Shown here piece after piece: positions 1 to 12,135 of a DNA stretch of 64,000 bases. The notes beneath the pieces were generated by a model that saw nothing but the letters and a program-made list of their open reading frames with translations, was not told the DNA's origin and did not search any database. The stretch comes from Malacoraja senta (lineage: Eukaryota), in the NCBI GenBank assembly GCA_038087875.1, contig CM076002.1:186001-250000 (forward strand), written 5' to 3'. Positions within the stretch are counted from its first letter, which is position 1. Each line of letters opens with the position of its first letter. Made by a program: the position numbers and the translations under genes.

Positions 1-156
1 CCCATCACTCGCTGCTTTGTCCTGCCCCTCCTCTCTTCCAGCTTTATCACCATCACCCCCGCCACAGTGTTCCGACTGGGGAGATGGGGCTGACGGCGCG
101 GTCAGTGACGGGTGTAATGGGGTGGTCAGTGACGGGGGGGGCGGGGGGTTACTCAC

Positions 157-246
157 CCATGCAGCAGGTTGGTCAGCAGAAGGGTCCCAGGTAGTTGGTG
201 GCGATGGTCAGCTCCAGACCCTCAGCAGTGACCGCTGGCAGCAGGC
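157..246 (-). CDS. Exon 3 of RDH11/12/DHRS13-like SDR gene (disrupted as assembled)
   Basis: ccaccag acceptor (248-247) and GTGAGT donor (156-151); 90 nt. Encodes (G)LLPAVTAEGLELTIATNYLGPF, matching the SDR 'T.DG.E..FATNHLGPFLLTNLLL' block. A -1/+1 indel pair creates an in-frame TGA. The gene continues below position 1. Confidence 0.85.
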
Positions 247-617
247 CTGGTGGTGACACGGCACTGAGTCAGTGACCCGCCCGCATCACATCCACTGCCA
301 CCCACCCCCCCCCAAAGCATTCCCTCCCCCTCATCCCCCCCGATATCACCTCCCCCCAACCTTTGGCATCCTCTCCCCCTCACCCCCCACCCCCCGAGGC
401 ATCCCGCTCCACTGCACTCTCCTCATGCTCTCCCACCCATTCCTGTCCCACTTCCTCACTCCCTTGCCCCACCACCTCCCCAAACCCCATCCCTCCTCCT
501 CCTTCCCCTCTCACCCTCCTCTCTCCCCTGCCTCAGTAGCTTCCCACCCCTTCCTTCCCCCAACCACATCTCCTGCCCCTCACCCCGCAGTGTGTGCCGG
601 GAGGGGTGTGCGGTTAC

Positions 618-856
618 CGAGGCAGCCGCGTTGTTGACCAGGATGTCCAGCCTCTGCTCCTCCTCTCTGACCCGCTGGGCGAATGCCCGCACCGACCGCA
701 TGGAGCTGGTGTCCAGCAGGCGGAAGTGGACCTGCCCGTTCCCCGTGCAGCGACGGATCTCACACTCGGCTCTCCGTCCCCGCTCCTCGCTGCAGCACGC
801 CAGGATCACCCGCGCCCTCCTGCGGGCAAGGTCCTGGGCGATGTGGAGCCCAATCC
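618..856 (-). CDS. Exon 2 of RDH11/12/DHRS13-like SDR gene
   Basis: gtgtgtgcccag acceptor (858-857) and GTAACC donor (617-612). Encodes GIGLHIAQDLARRRARVILAC...LLDTSSMRSVRAF...LDILVNNA. A phase-1 join to exon 1 rebuilds the Rossmann motif TGANTG|IG. Confidence 0.9.
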
Positions 857-1560
857 CTGGGCACACACAACACCCCTGGTCACCAAAGGTCAATGCACCA
901 GCCCTTGAACCCCCCCCCACCACCACCCCCCGACTCCCACCCCCCATCCCCTACCCCTCCACCTGTGAATATGCAGGGATTTGGCTACTTTGGAAATGGC
1001 AGGTGTCTGAAAGACTAGGGAGAGAGTATTAGATACAAATCAAGAAGGGTTTGGACTCCAGTGTTCGACTCAGTGCTTGCTGAACCAGACTAGGGAGAGA
1101 GTATTAGATCCGGAATCAACACACCCACTCCCGATCACTGGGCACACACACGCCCTTACTCACCAAAGGTCAATGTACCAGCCTTTGCCACCGACCCCCA
1201 CCCATTCACCCACCCGATACCCACCCCAATCACGATCCCAGGGCACACTCGACACCCTGGTCACCAAGGTCAATGTACCAGCCTTGACCCCCGACCCCAC
1301 CCCTTCACCCACCCTGATACCCACCCAATCACGATCCCAGATCCCTAGGCACACACAACACCCCTGGTCACCAAGGTAATGTACCAGCCTTGACCCCCCA
1401 CCCCTTCACCCACCCCGATTTCTGGGAACACATAACACCTCTGGTATCGGAGGGTCAACGTGCCACCCCGATCCCCACCTCCACCCATGCTGCTCCTCAC
1501 CCCCACGATCTCAGGCAGACACAACGTCCTGGTGACCAAGGTCCAACTCGCCAGCCTTGT
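855..1560. repeat. Degenerate ~90-110 bp tandem repeat overlapping the exon-2 splice acceptor
   Basis: About six copies of the core ggcacacacaacacccctggtcaccaa(a)ggtcaatg(t/c)accagcct, near 860, 1141, 1242, 1348, 1425 and 1515. Confidence 0.8.
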
Positions 1561-1736
1561 ACCCAGGGAGAAATACCCTTCCTCCCCCCATCCCGATCCC
1601 CACCCGCACCCAACCTCCACCCTCACCCCCACCCTGATCTACTTGTACAGCTTTTACCACTCTATCTAAATGTGCTGCCACTTTCAGAGTTATGGACTTC
1701 GATACACGTGACAATCATTGATTCATTTAGTTTATT

Positions 1737-2540
1737 AATGTCACTTGTGTCGAGGTACAGTAAAAAGCTTTCTTGTTGTGTGCTATCCATGAAAAGACTA
1801 TACATGATTATATATAAGCGACTTTGAGTCCTGAAAAGCACTATATAAAATAAATATTATTATTATTATAATCAAGCTGTCCACAGTGTACATACAGGAT
1901 AAAGGGAATAACATTTATTGCAAGATACAGTCCAGTAAAGTCTGTCCAAGGGTCTCCAATGAGGTAGATGGGAGGGGTGGGACCACATTCTAGTTTGTGA
2001 GAGGATGGATCAGTTGCCTGATAAGAGCTGGGAAGAAACTGTCCCTGAATCTGGAGGTGTGCGTTTTCACACTTCTATACCTTTTGCTCGATGGGAGAGG
2101 GGACAAGAGGGAGTTCCCAAGATGCGACTAGGTCCTTGATTATACTGCTCGCCTTGCCGAGGCAGCATGAAGTATAAATGGAGTCAATGGAAGGAGGTTG
2201 GTTTGTGTGATGATCTGGGCTGAGTCCCACAATTTGTTGCAATTTCTTGCGGTCTTGGATGGAGCTGTTTCCAAACCAAGCTGTGATGCATTCTGATAAG
2301 ATGCTTTCTATGGTGCATCTGTAGAAGTTGGTGAGAGTTGTAGGGGCATGCTGAACTTCCTAAGCATCTAAGGAAGTAGAGGCGTTGGTGTGCTTTCTTG
2401 ATCGTTGCTTCAGTATGGGTGGTCCATAAGATGTTGTCGCCGATATTAACTCCTAGGAATTTGAAGTTTTCAACATTTCCACCAGCACCGGCAATGTAAA
2501 CTGGGGTGTGTGTACCACTTCCTGAAGTCCATCATTATCT
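1737..2540 (-). mobile_element. Degraded Rex1/Babar-like LINE 3' fragment
   Basis: Minus strand encodes a KRYRSVKTHTSRFRDSFFP-like C-terminus, homologous to the ORF at 33191-34309. Confidence 0.65.
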
Positions 2541-2665
2541 CCCACCCAAACTGTGGAATTCATTGCCACAGAAGGCTGTGGAGTCCAAGTCAATGCATAT
2601 TTTTATGGCAGAGATAGATAGATTCTTGACTAGTCTGTGTGTCAGGGGTTATGGTGAGAAGGCAG

Positions 2666-2997
2666 ATGGCGCAATGGGCTAAGTGTTTCGGCTTGGCAAC
2701 CCGGAAAGGTAGCCGGTTCGAATCCCGCTTGGAGTGCATACTGCCGTTGTGTCCTTGGGCAAGACACTTCACCCACCTTTGCCTGCGTGTGAATGTGTGT
2801 GAGTGATGGTGGTGGTCGGAGGCGCCGTAGGCGCAGATTAGCAGCCACGCTTCCGTCAGTCTGCCCCAGGGCAGCTGTGGCTACAGAAGTAGCTCACCAC
2901 CACCGAGTGTGACTGAGGAGTGAATGAATAATGCGATGTAAAGCGCCTTGAGTATTAGAAAGGCGCTATATAAATCCCATCCATTATTATTATTATT
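2666..2997 (+). mobile_element. tRNA-derived SINE with CORE-like middle and L2-type tail, inserted in an old CR1 3' end
   Basis: A box TGGCGCAATGG, B box GGTTCGAATCC, middle gtccttgggcaagacactt, tail aaggcgctatataaat...(att)n; TSD aaggcag (2659-2665 / 2998-3004). Confidence 0.85.
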
Positions 2998-3395
2998 AAG
3001 GCAGGAGAATGAGGCTGAGAGGGAAAGATAGATCAGCCATGATTGAATGGCAGAGTAGACTTGATGGGCCAAATGGCCTAATTCTGCTCCTATCACATGA
3101 ACATGAACTTTCCCAATATAGACCGGGACTGTCATAGGGTTAGTGTGTTCAGGAAAGATTCCTGAGGAAATATGTAGAGGGCCCACACATGGGAGAGAGC
3201 AAAGCAGAAGAAAGTCAAGAATCTTTTATTGTCATATGTCTCAATACGGAACAATGGCATTCTTACTTGCAGCAGCACAACAGATATGTAACATGTGTAG
3301 GATGGAACTCAGATGCTGGTTTAAACCAAATATAGACACAAAAAGCTGGAGTAACTCAGCGGGACAGAGATGCTGCCTGTCCCGACATGTAAACA

Positions 3396-5774
3396 TAGAA
3401 CCAACGAGAGAGCAGGCTATTCTAGACTGGGTATTGAGTAATGAGGAAGGGTTAGTTAGCAGACTTGTTGTGCGTGCCCCCTTGGGCAAGAGTGACCATA
3501 ATATGTTGAGTTCTTCATTAGGATGGAGAGTGACATTGTTAATTCAGAAACAACGGTTCTGAACTTAAAGAAAGGTAACTTTGAGGATATGAGACGTGAA
3601 TTGGCCAAGATTGACTGGCAATTAGTCCTAAAAGGTTGACGGTGGATATGCAATGGAAGGCATTTAAAGACTGCATGGATGAACTACCAAAAATGTTCAT
3701 CCCAGTTTGCAAAAGAATAAATCAGGAAGGTAGTGCATCCGTGGATAACAAGGGAAATCAGGGATAGTATCAAAGCAAAAGATGTTGCGTACAAATTAGC
3801 CAGAAAAAGCAGCATACCAGAGGACTGGGAGAAATTCAGAGACCAGCAGAGGAGGACAAAGGGCTTAATTAGGAAAGGGAAATAGATTATGAAAGGAAAC
3901 TGGCAGGGAACATAAAAACTGACTGCAAAAGTTTTTATAGATATGTGAAGAGAAAGAGATTAGTTAAAACAAATGTAGGTCCCTTGCAGTCAGAAACAGG
4001 TGAATTGATCATGGGGAACAAGGATATGGCGGACCAATTGAATAACTACTTTGGTTCCGTCTTCACTAAGGAAGACATAAATAATCTGCCGGAAATAGCA
4101 GGGGGCCGCGGGTCAAAGGAGATGGAGGAACTGAGTGAAATCCAGGTTAGTCGGGAAGTGGTGTTGGGTAAATTGAATGGATTAAAGGCCGATAAATCAC
4201 CAGGGCCAGATAGGCTGCATCCCAGAGTACTTAAGGAAGTAGCTCCAGAAATAGTGGATGCATTAGTGATAATTTTTCAAAATTCTTTAGATTCTGGAGT
4301 AGTTCCTGAGGATTGGAGGGTAGCAAACGTAACCCCACTTTTTAAGAAGGGAGGGAGAGAGAAAATGGGGAATTACAGACCAGTTAGTCTAACATCGGTA
4401 GTGGGGAAACTGCTAGAGTCAGTTATTAAGATGGGATAGCAGCACATTTGGAAAGTGGTGAAATCATTGGACAAAGTCAGCATGGATTTACGAAAGGTAA
4501 ATCGTGTCTGACGAATCTTATAGAATTTTTCGAGGATGTAACTAGTAGAGTGGATAGGGGAGAACCAGTGGATGTGTTGTATCTGGACTTTCAGAAGGCT
4601 TTCGACAAGGTACCACATAAGAGATTAGGATACAAGCTTAAATCACAGGGTATTGGGGGTTCAGTATTGATGTGGATAGAGAACTGGCTGGCAAACAGGA
4701 AGCAAAGAGTAGGAGTAAACGGGTCCTTTTCACAATGGCAGGCAGTGACTAGTGGGGTACCGCAAGGCTCAGTGCTGGGACCCCAGCTATTTACAATTTA
4801 TATTAATGATCTGGACGAGGGAATTGAAAGCAACATCTCCAAGTTTGCGGATGACACTAAGCTGGGGGGCAGTGTTAGCTGTGAGGAGGATGCTAGGAGA
4901 CTGCAAGGTGACTTGGATAGGCTGGGGGAGTGGGCAAATGTTTGGCAGATGCAGTATAATGTGGATAAATGTGAGGTTATCCACTTTGGTGGCAAAAACG
5001 GGAAGGCAGACTATTATCTAAATGGTGGCCGATTAGGAAATGGGGAGATGCAGCGAGACCTGGGTGTCATGGTACACCAGTCATTGAAAGTAGGCATGCA
5101 GGTGCAGCAGGCAGTGAAGAAAGCGAATGGTATGTTGGCCTTCATAGCAAGAGGATTTGAGTATAGGAGCAGGGAGGTTCTACTGCAGTTGTACAGGTCT
5201 TGGTGAGACCACACCTGGAGTATTGCGTACAGTTTTGGTCTCCAAATCTGAGGAAGGACATTATAGCCATAGAGGGAGTGCAGAGAAGGTTCACCAGACT
5301 GATTCCTGGGATGTCAGGACTTTCATATGAAGACAGACTGGATAGACTTGGCATATACTCGCTAGAATTTAGGAGATTGAGAGGGGATCTTATAGAAACG
5401 TACAAAATTCTTATGGGGTTGGACAGGCTAGATGCAGGAAGATTGTTCCCGATGTTGGGGAAGTCCAGGACAAGGGGTCACAGCTTAAGGATAAGGGGAA
5501 ATCCTTTAAGACCGAGATGAGGAAAAACTTTTTCACACAGAGAGTGGTGAATCTCTGGAACTCTCTGCCACAGAGGGTAGTTGACGCCAGTTCATTGGCT
5601 ATATTTAAGAGGGAGTTAGATGTGGCCCTTGTGGCTAAAGGGATCAGGGGGTATGGAGAGAAGGCAGGTACGGGATACTGAGTTGGATGATCAGCCATGA
5701 TCATATTGAAATGGCGGTGCAGGCTCGAAGGGCCGAATGGCCTACTCCTGCACCTATTTTCTATGTATCTATGT
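3396..5774 (+). mobile_element. 5'-truncated CR1 LINE (family B) with frameshifted ORF2
   Basis: Nearly identical to the 3' part of 35796-38898; RT motifs [10 protein letters not shown] and FADD; (ctatgtat) tail; TSD atgtaaaca (3387-3395 / 5775-5783). Confidence 0.95.
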
Positions 5775-7067
5775 ATGTAAACAACGTAATAAATGACAAA
5801 AATGCAGTGTATGTAAAAAACAAACAATAATTGTGCAAAGACAAAAACAATGCTCCGTGTAGTTTGGAAACTTAGCTTGTGTTTAATAATCTAACGATAG
5901 ACACAAAATGCTGGAGTAACTCAGCGGGTCAGGACACTATAGAAACATAGAAAATAGGTGCAAGAGGAGGCCATTCGGCCCTTTGAGCCAGCACCGCCAT
6001 TCATTGTGATCATGGCTGATCGTCCCCAATCAATAACCCATGCCTGCCTTCTCCCATATCCCTTGATTCCACTAGAGCTCTATCTATCTCTGGAGAAAAG
6101 GAATAGGTGACGTTTCTGATCGAAACTCTTATTCATAATCTAATGGTTCTCTTAGGAAATTAGGAGGGACAAGGGTAGAAGTGTTTGTAGGTGGGCCGTT
6201 TGGACAAGCGACCACTGTTCCCGTGGCATTAAAATAATTATGGATAAAGACAGGGCGGGCCACGAATTCAATCCTGAATTGGGGCAAGGCCAACTTTGAT
6301 GGTATCAGACAGGAACTTGCTGAAGTTAATTGGAGTTGGTTCTTTGCAGGCAAAGAAACGTGTGGAAAGTGGGATGGTTTTAAAAGTGTGATGACAAGAG
6401 GTCAGGGCAGGCATGTCCCTGTTAAAGTGAAGGCCAGGGCAGGTGGGCGTAAGGAAGTCTGGACTGATTAGTACAGGTGTTAGAGGTTATGGGAAGAAGG
6501 TGGGAGAATGGGGTTAGGAGGGAGAGATAGATCAGCCATGAGTAGACTTGATGGGCTGAATGGCCTAATTCTACTATTTCTTATGACCTTACGATGCCGA
6601 GAGAAATTGTGGATCTGGTCTGGAAAAAGAGGCGTGGGCCGATATAGGCAGCTGAGATCATGTATATCCTTGGAGGAGTTCAGGAAGCTGAGGAGCAAAC
6701 TTAAGAAGGAAATCAGGAGATGTCTTGAGGACCGTCCATATTACAAATGAATGAAAGATGCTTCACTTTCACATGTGACATGTCACAATGAGATTCTTTG
6801 TTTTGTTTACACAAGGTATGCAAAGTGTCACCACATAAAGGGCACCAACAAAGTGCGGTGGAACTGGATGTCCTAAGGCGTATGAGGTTGATACATCTCC
6901 TGGGCCTGATCAGATATATCTGAGGACACTGGGAAGCTAGAGAGGAAATTACAGGAGCTTGACTGAGGTACATGAATCATCATCAGACATGGGTGAGGTG
7001 CCAGAAGACAGGAGGGAGGCAAATGTCGTGCCTCGGTTTAAGAAGGGCTGCAAAGAAAAGCCTGGGA

Positions 7068-7668
7068 ACATAGAAACATAGAAAATAGGTGCAGAAGGAG
7101 GCCATTCGGCCAACACCGCCATTCATTGTGGTCATGGCTGATCGTCCCCTATCAATAACCCATGCCTGCCTTCTCCCCATATCCCTTGATTCCACTAGCC
7201 CCTAGAGCTCTATCTAACTCTCTCTTAAATCCATCCAGTGACTTGGCCTCCACTGCCCTCTGTGGCAGGGAATTCCCATAAATTCACAACTCTCTGGGTG
7301 AAAAAGTTTTTTCTCACCTCAGTCTTAAATGACCTCCCCTTTATTCTAAGACTGTGGCCCCTGGTTCTGGACTCGCCCAACATTGGGAACATTTTTCCTG
7401 CATCAAGCTTGTCCAGTCCTTTTATAATTGTATATGTTTCTATAAGATCCCCCTCATCCTTCTAAACTCCAGTGTATACAAGCCTAGTCTTTTCAATATT
7501 TCCTCATATGACAGTCCCGCCATCCCAGGGATCAATCTCGTGAATCTGCGCTGCAGTGCCTCAATCACAAGGATGTCCTTCCTCAAATTAGGAGACCAAA
7601 ACTGTACACAATACTCCAGATGTGATCTCACCAGAGCCCTATACAACTGCAGAAGAACCTCTTTACTC
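7068..7668 (-). mobile_element. CR1 3' fragment (family C) within older CR1 debris
   Basis: [18 protein letters not shown]...; (catagaaa)n tail at the left end; same family as 47398-50022 and 58567-59605. Confidence 0.85.
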
Positions 7669-8313
7669 CTAGAGACCAGGAACTATAGACCAGTGAGTCT
7701 AACATCTGTGATCGGCACGTTACTGGAGAGTATTTCCGAGGGATATGATATACATGCATTTAGGATTCAGGGACAGTTTCTTCCCAACTTTTATTAGGCA
7801 ACTGAATCATCCTATCACAACCAGAGAACCATCCTGAACTACTATCTATTTCATTGGTGATCCTCGGACTATCTTTCATCAGGCACTACTGGCTTTACCT
7901 CATACTAAACATTATTCCCTTATCATATATCTATACACTGTAAATGACTCAATTGTAATGTGTTGCCTTTCCTCTGACTGGATAGCGCATAACAAAAGCT
8001 TTTCACTGTACCTCAGTACACGTGACAATAAACTAAACTGAAACTGAACTGAGAGCTGATTAGGAATAGTCATAGAATCATACAGATTTGGAAACAGGGC
8101 CATCGGCCAATTTACCCACACCGGCTAACATGTCCTATCTTCACTTGTCCCACATGCCTGCATTTGGCCCATATCCCTCCAAACACGTCCTATCCATGTA
8201 CCTGTCTATGTCAGCATGGTTTTGTATGTGGGAGGTCGTGTCTCATGAATCTGATTGAGTTTTTGAAGAAATAACAAAAAGGTTGATAAGGGCAGAGCTG
8301 AGAATGTTGTGTA

Positions 8314-8455
8314 TGTTATATTCCGGACGGCAGAATGAATAACAACTTACATGCAGGCTGCCTGGATCACGAGTGAGATTTATTACCCAACCTTCCCTAC
8401 TTATATACAACACCAACTCATTAACATATACATGAATATGCATTAATACATTACA
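8314..8455 (-). repeat. 3' LTR of the Gypsy element (~142 bp)
   Basis: TG...CA termini, directly preceded on the minus strand by the PPT aaaaaaggagagcag; contains TATATAA followed by AATAAA on the minus strand. Confidence 0.7.
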
Positions 8456-9664
8456 CTGCTCTCCTTTTTTAAGTATTAAATCTAAGTACACAGTTACAAT
8501 TTTGTTGTGATAGTTGATTTAAACCAGTATTTATGAAATCTTAAATGATAACATAATATATTTATTTTACATATTTACACATTTTCATTTTACTTATACA
8601 GTGAATTACTTAACTTACAAACCTAATCTGACTACTGGTTTACGGATCCTGCCTGATTGTCTAACAATAACAGGTGTAACAGGTTTAGGCGTTGACTCAA
8701 CTGTAGGCTTGTTTGGCTCTGTTTTAGTACCCTGACTTTGACCAGAGGAATCTGTTTCTTTGCCTGTACTGACTGAACTTTGTGTTTCAATCACAGTGGT
8801 CTCTTCCAACTCACTTTCACATAAAAAGTCGGGGATTAGGACTTCATGCTCAGTTTTTGGGTTCATCTTTGGCTGGAATCATTTGATCAACATGAACACT
8901 TTTGATCCTATCACCAACTTCAACTAAGTATCTTTTTGTTCCATACACTTCCACTATTTTCCCAACATCCCATTTGTCTCGACTGGACTTGTTGGGAGGA
9001 CTGAGAACACGAACCTGCTCATCTGGCTTGAAGCACTGCTCCTTATTTGGCAGTCAAAATTGCATTTTTGACTTAATTGTTTTGTTGAACTCAAAGCAAT
9101 GGCCGTCCGAAGCGGGGGGGTGCGTTGGGTGCGACCGCACCCCCCCTTCCCCCCCCCCCCCCCCAGAGTAAGAAAAAAATCCAGAGACATATTTTTTTTA
9201 AATCGGAGCGTTTCCACTTTGTCGGAAATCGCCCGAAATTCTGGTTTCGGCCGCTGGATGATTTGGGAGAAAAAAATGCGACCATCAGTGTGCATTTGGG
9301 GAAGTGATGCAAAATGACGCCATCTCTCCGCGCCGTGCGCAGTGGGCTGGCGGGATCAGACTGCCATTTGTACTGCATCCTATTCAGCTCGATGCCTCGT
9401 GTCTACTCCAGGTAAGTAGTGGAATATTGCGTTGCAGGAGGGGGAGTCTGTGAGGGGGAGTCTGTGAGGGGTCTAATCCGGCCCGCGGATGATTTAGTAA
9501 CCCATTTCTCCAGGCCCGAGGGAGGGGGGGGGGCGGTGTCTGCCAGCCATGCGACCAGGGGACCGTTCTCCCATCGCCGTGCGGGAGCGGCTGTAACCCC
9601 AACACCAGACGCCGCTGCGGCGGGGCCCGCTCCCCTCGCCTCCCCCCACCGCTGGGGCCCAAAC

Positions 9665-9915
9665 CATCTTCCGCCCACGCCACCCCTGCTGACCCCCGCT
9701 GGGCCCACGCCACCGCCCACGCCACCCCTGCTGACTACCGCTGGGCCCACACCACCCGTGCTGATCCCTGCTGGGCCCACACCACCCCTGCCGACCCCCG
9801 CTGGGCCCACGCCACCCCCCGCTGGGCGCACGCCACCCCTGCTGACCCCCGCTGGGCCCACACTCAATCCCGCTGACCCCCACTGGGCCCACGCAACCCC
9901 AGCTGGGCCCATACC
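9665..9915. repeat. GC-rich ~30-bp minisatellite
   Basis: Repeats of gccacccctgctgacccccgctgggcccac. Confidence 0.85.
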
Positions 9916-11154
9916 ACCTTCATCTTCGCCCCCCCGCCAGAAAGAGGGGGGATGTGAGAGGAGGGAGAGAGAGGGGGTAGAGGGAGATGGAGGGGAGAGG
10001 GAAAGGGGATTATCTTTAGTGAGATTGCAAAATTAAGGTAGGTTTTAGAGCTATTATATTTTTCTCCTCCATATGAATAATTTTAAACAATATCAAATAA
10101 TATCAAACAATTGGAACTGCTTTCTTTTCCTTGATAACAATACTGAAAAATATGAATTCCATAGTTTGTGACATAAATATACATTTTAATGGGATCATTA
10201 TATACAGATGTAACATTTCGAGATGGGGGTTGGGCAAATATGCATCAAGCTGATAACCTAATCGTTAAAGAGTTAAAAGATAGCCTAATCGATAAAGAGC
10301 TCAGAAGAGGAATCAGAGCTGCCAAGTAAAGGTACTCTGAGAAGTTGAGGAGCAAGTTCTCAGCTAGTGACTCTTCTTCAGTTTGGAAGGGCATGCAAGA
10401 AATCACCAGCTATAAGAGGAAAGCACCCGCTCTTTGGACAATCATCAGCTGACGGACCGACCTGAATGAGTTTTACTGCAGGTTTGAAAATCAGAAACAC
10501 AACCCTGAAACCCCCTCCCAACAAACACAGCCAGACCCCAGTCTGCAAAGTATAGACCCTGTACCCTCTCCTTCCCATTCACCACTTCACACCTACTTAA
10601 GGCAAGACTCCAGTATGAAAAGAGTGACCTTTTCCCACCCCAACCAACACTTCACACCCCACTCACAGCCTGACCTCAGTCTGCAAAAACTGGTCCTTCT
10701 ACACCCACCCTACTCCAATCACCACTTCACATCCAATTACTCGTTTTTAACCAGTCCTGCAAAGATGTACTGTCCCTGCCTGCTTCAAAGTCTCCACTAT
10801 TGTCCCTGTACCCAAAAAGGCAAGGATTACTGGTCTTAATGACTACAGGCTTGTCGCACTGACCTCTGTAGTCATGAAGACGCTTGAAAGGCTTGTGCTG
10901 GCCAAGCTGAAAATATCACAATACCCCTGCTGACCCTCTGCATTTTGCATATCGGGCCAATAGATCTGTGGATGACGCAGTCAACCTGGCCTGCACTTCA
11001 TCCTCCAGCACCTAGACCGCCAGGGGACCTATGCGAGGATTTTGTTTGTTGATTTTAGCTCTGCATTCAACACCATTGTGCCAGAGCTACTACACTCCAA
11101 ACTTTCTGAGTTGACTGTGCCTGAACCCCTCTGTCGGTGGATCACCAGCTTTCT

Positions 11155-11493
11155 TTTTTTTTTCTTTTTTTTTATTAGAAGTAAATACAATTGTATACAA
11201 TCATATTTTCATAATGCATATTATGTACAGCTTCTTATTTTTTATAATAAAGGAGAAAAAGAAAAAGAAGTTAGATAATGTGAAAATAGAAAAATGTGAG
11301 ATATATAGTGTGTGAAAAAGGAAAATAGAGAGTGAAAGAAGAAAGTTAAGAAATAGAAAATAGGGAAAAGAAAATAAAAGAAGAAAAAGAAAGAGAAAGA
11401 AAAAAGAAGTAAGGAGATTTTATTTATAATCTTGACCATCCCTTGCCCAGTCACGAATTAGCTTTTACAATTGTGTTGCACCACATGATTCCA
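11155..11493 (-). mobile_element. Short L1 3' end (3'UTR plus polyA)
   Basis: Poly-T at the left edge; similar to the 3' end of the L1 at 24518-28259 (ttttattagaagt; cacatgattcca). Confidence 0.7.
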
Positions 11494-11529
11494 CATAAGT
11501 GGAAAATAAGTACTCCTGTTTGAGTACTG

Positions 11530-12135
11530 TTGAGGGGGGACAGCCTTCCTGCGGGTAGTAACAGTGGCCGGGCCTCCGGCACAGAGACCAGCCCTATTGC
11601 TCAGAAGGGTAGGGAAAAGAAGAGGAGGGCAATAGTAATAGGGGACTCTATGGTTAGGGGGTCGGATAGGCGATTCTGTGGACGCAGTCAGGAGACCCGA
11701 ATGGTAGTTTGCCTCCCTGGTGCCAAGGTCAGGGATGTGTCTGAACGCGTCCAAGATATCCTGAAATCGGAGGGAGAGGAGCCTGAGGTTGTGGTACATA
11801 TAGGTACCAATGACATAGGTAGAAAAAGAGAAGAGGTCTTGAAAGGAGAATTTAAGGAGTTGGGAGGAGAGTTAAGGAGAAGGTCTACAAAGGTAACAAT
11901 CTCAGGATTACTACCTGTGCCACGTGACGGTGAGAGTAGGAATGGAGTGAGGTGGAGGATAAATGCGTGGCTGAGGAACTGGTGCAGCGGGCAGGGATTC
12001 AAATTTCTGGATCATTGGGACTTCTTTTGGGGAAGGAGTGACCTGTACAGAAAGGACGGGTTGCACTTGAACCCGAGGGGGACCAATATCCTGGCGGGGA
12101 GATTTGCAAAGGCTACTGGGGAGACTTTAAACTAG
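11530..12135 (+). CDS. CR1 ORF1 C-terminal part (SGNH/GDSL esterase-like)
   Basis: VIGDSMVR, VHIGTND and DGLHLN motifs. Confidence 0.9.
   Translation: MRGDSLPAGSNSGRASGTETSPIAQKGREKKRRAIVIGDSMVRGSDRRFCGRSQETRMVVCLPGAKVRDVSERVQDILKSEGEEPEVVVHIGTNDIGRKREEVLKGEFKELGGELRRRSTKVTISGLLPVPRDGESRNGVRWRINAWLRNWCSGQGFKFLDHWDFFWGRSDLYRKDGLHLNPRGTNILAGRFAKATGETLN

Noticed and set aside
2666..2735. Possible tRNA gene
   Set aside because: The A and B boxes belong to a SINE head with TSD and LINE-derived tail; there is no complete cloverleaf.
9384..10036. Pro/Gly-rich ORFs of 113-205 aa in several frames
   Set aside because: They arise from a stop-poor 30-bp GC minisatellite; there is no domain or splice support.
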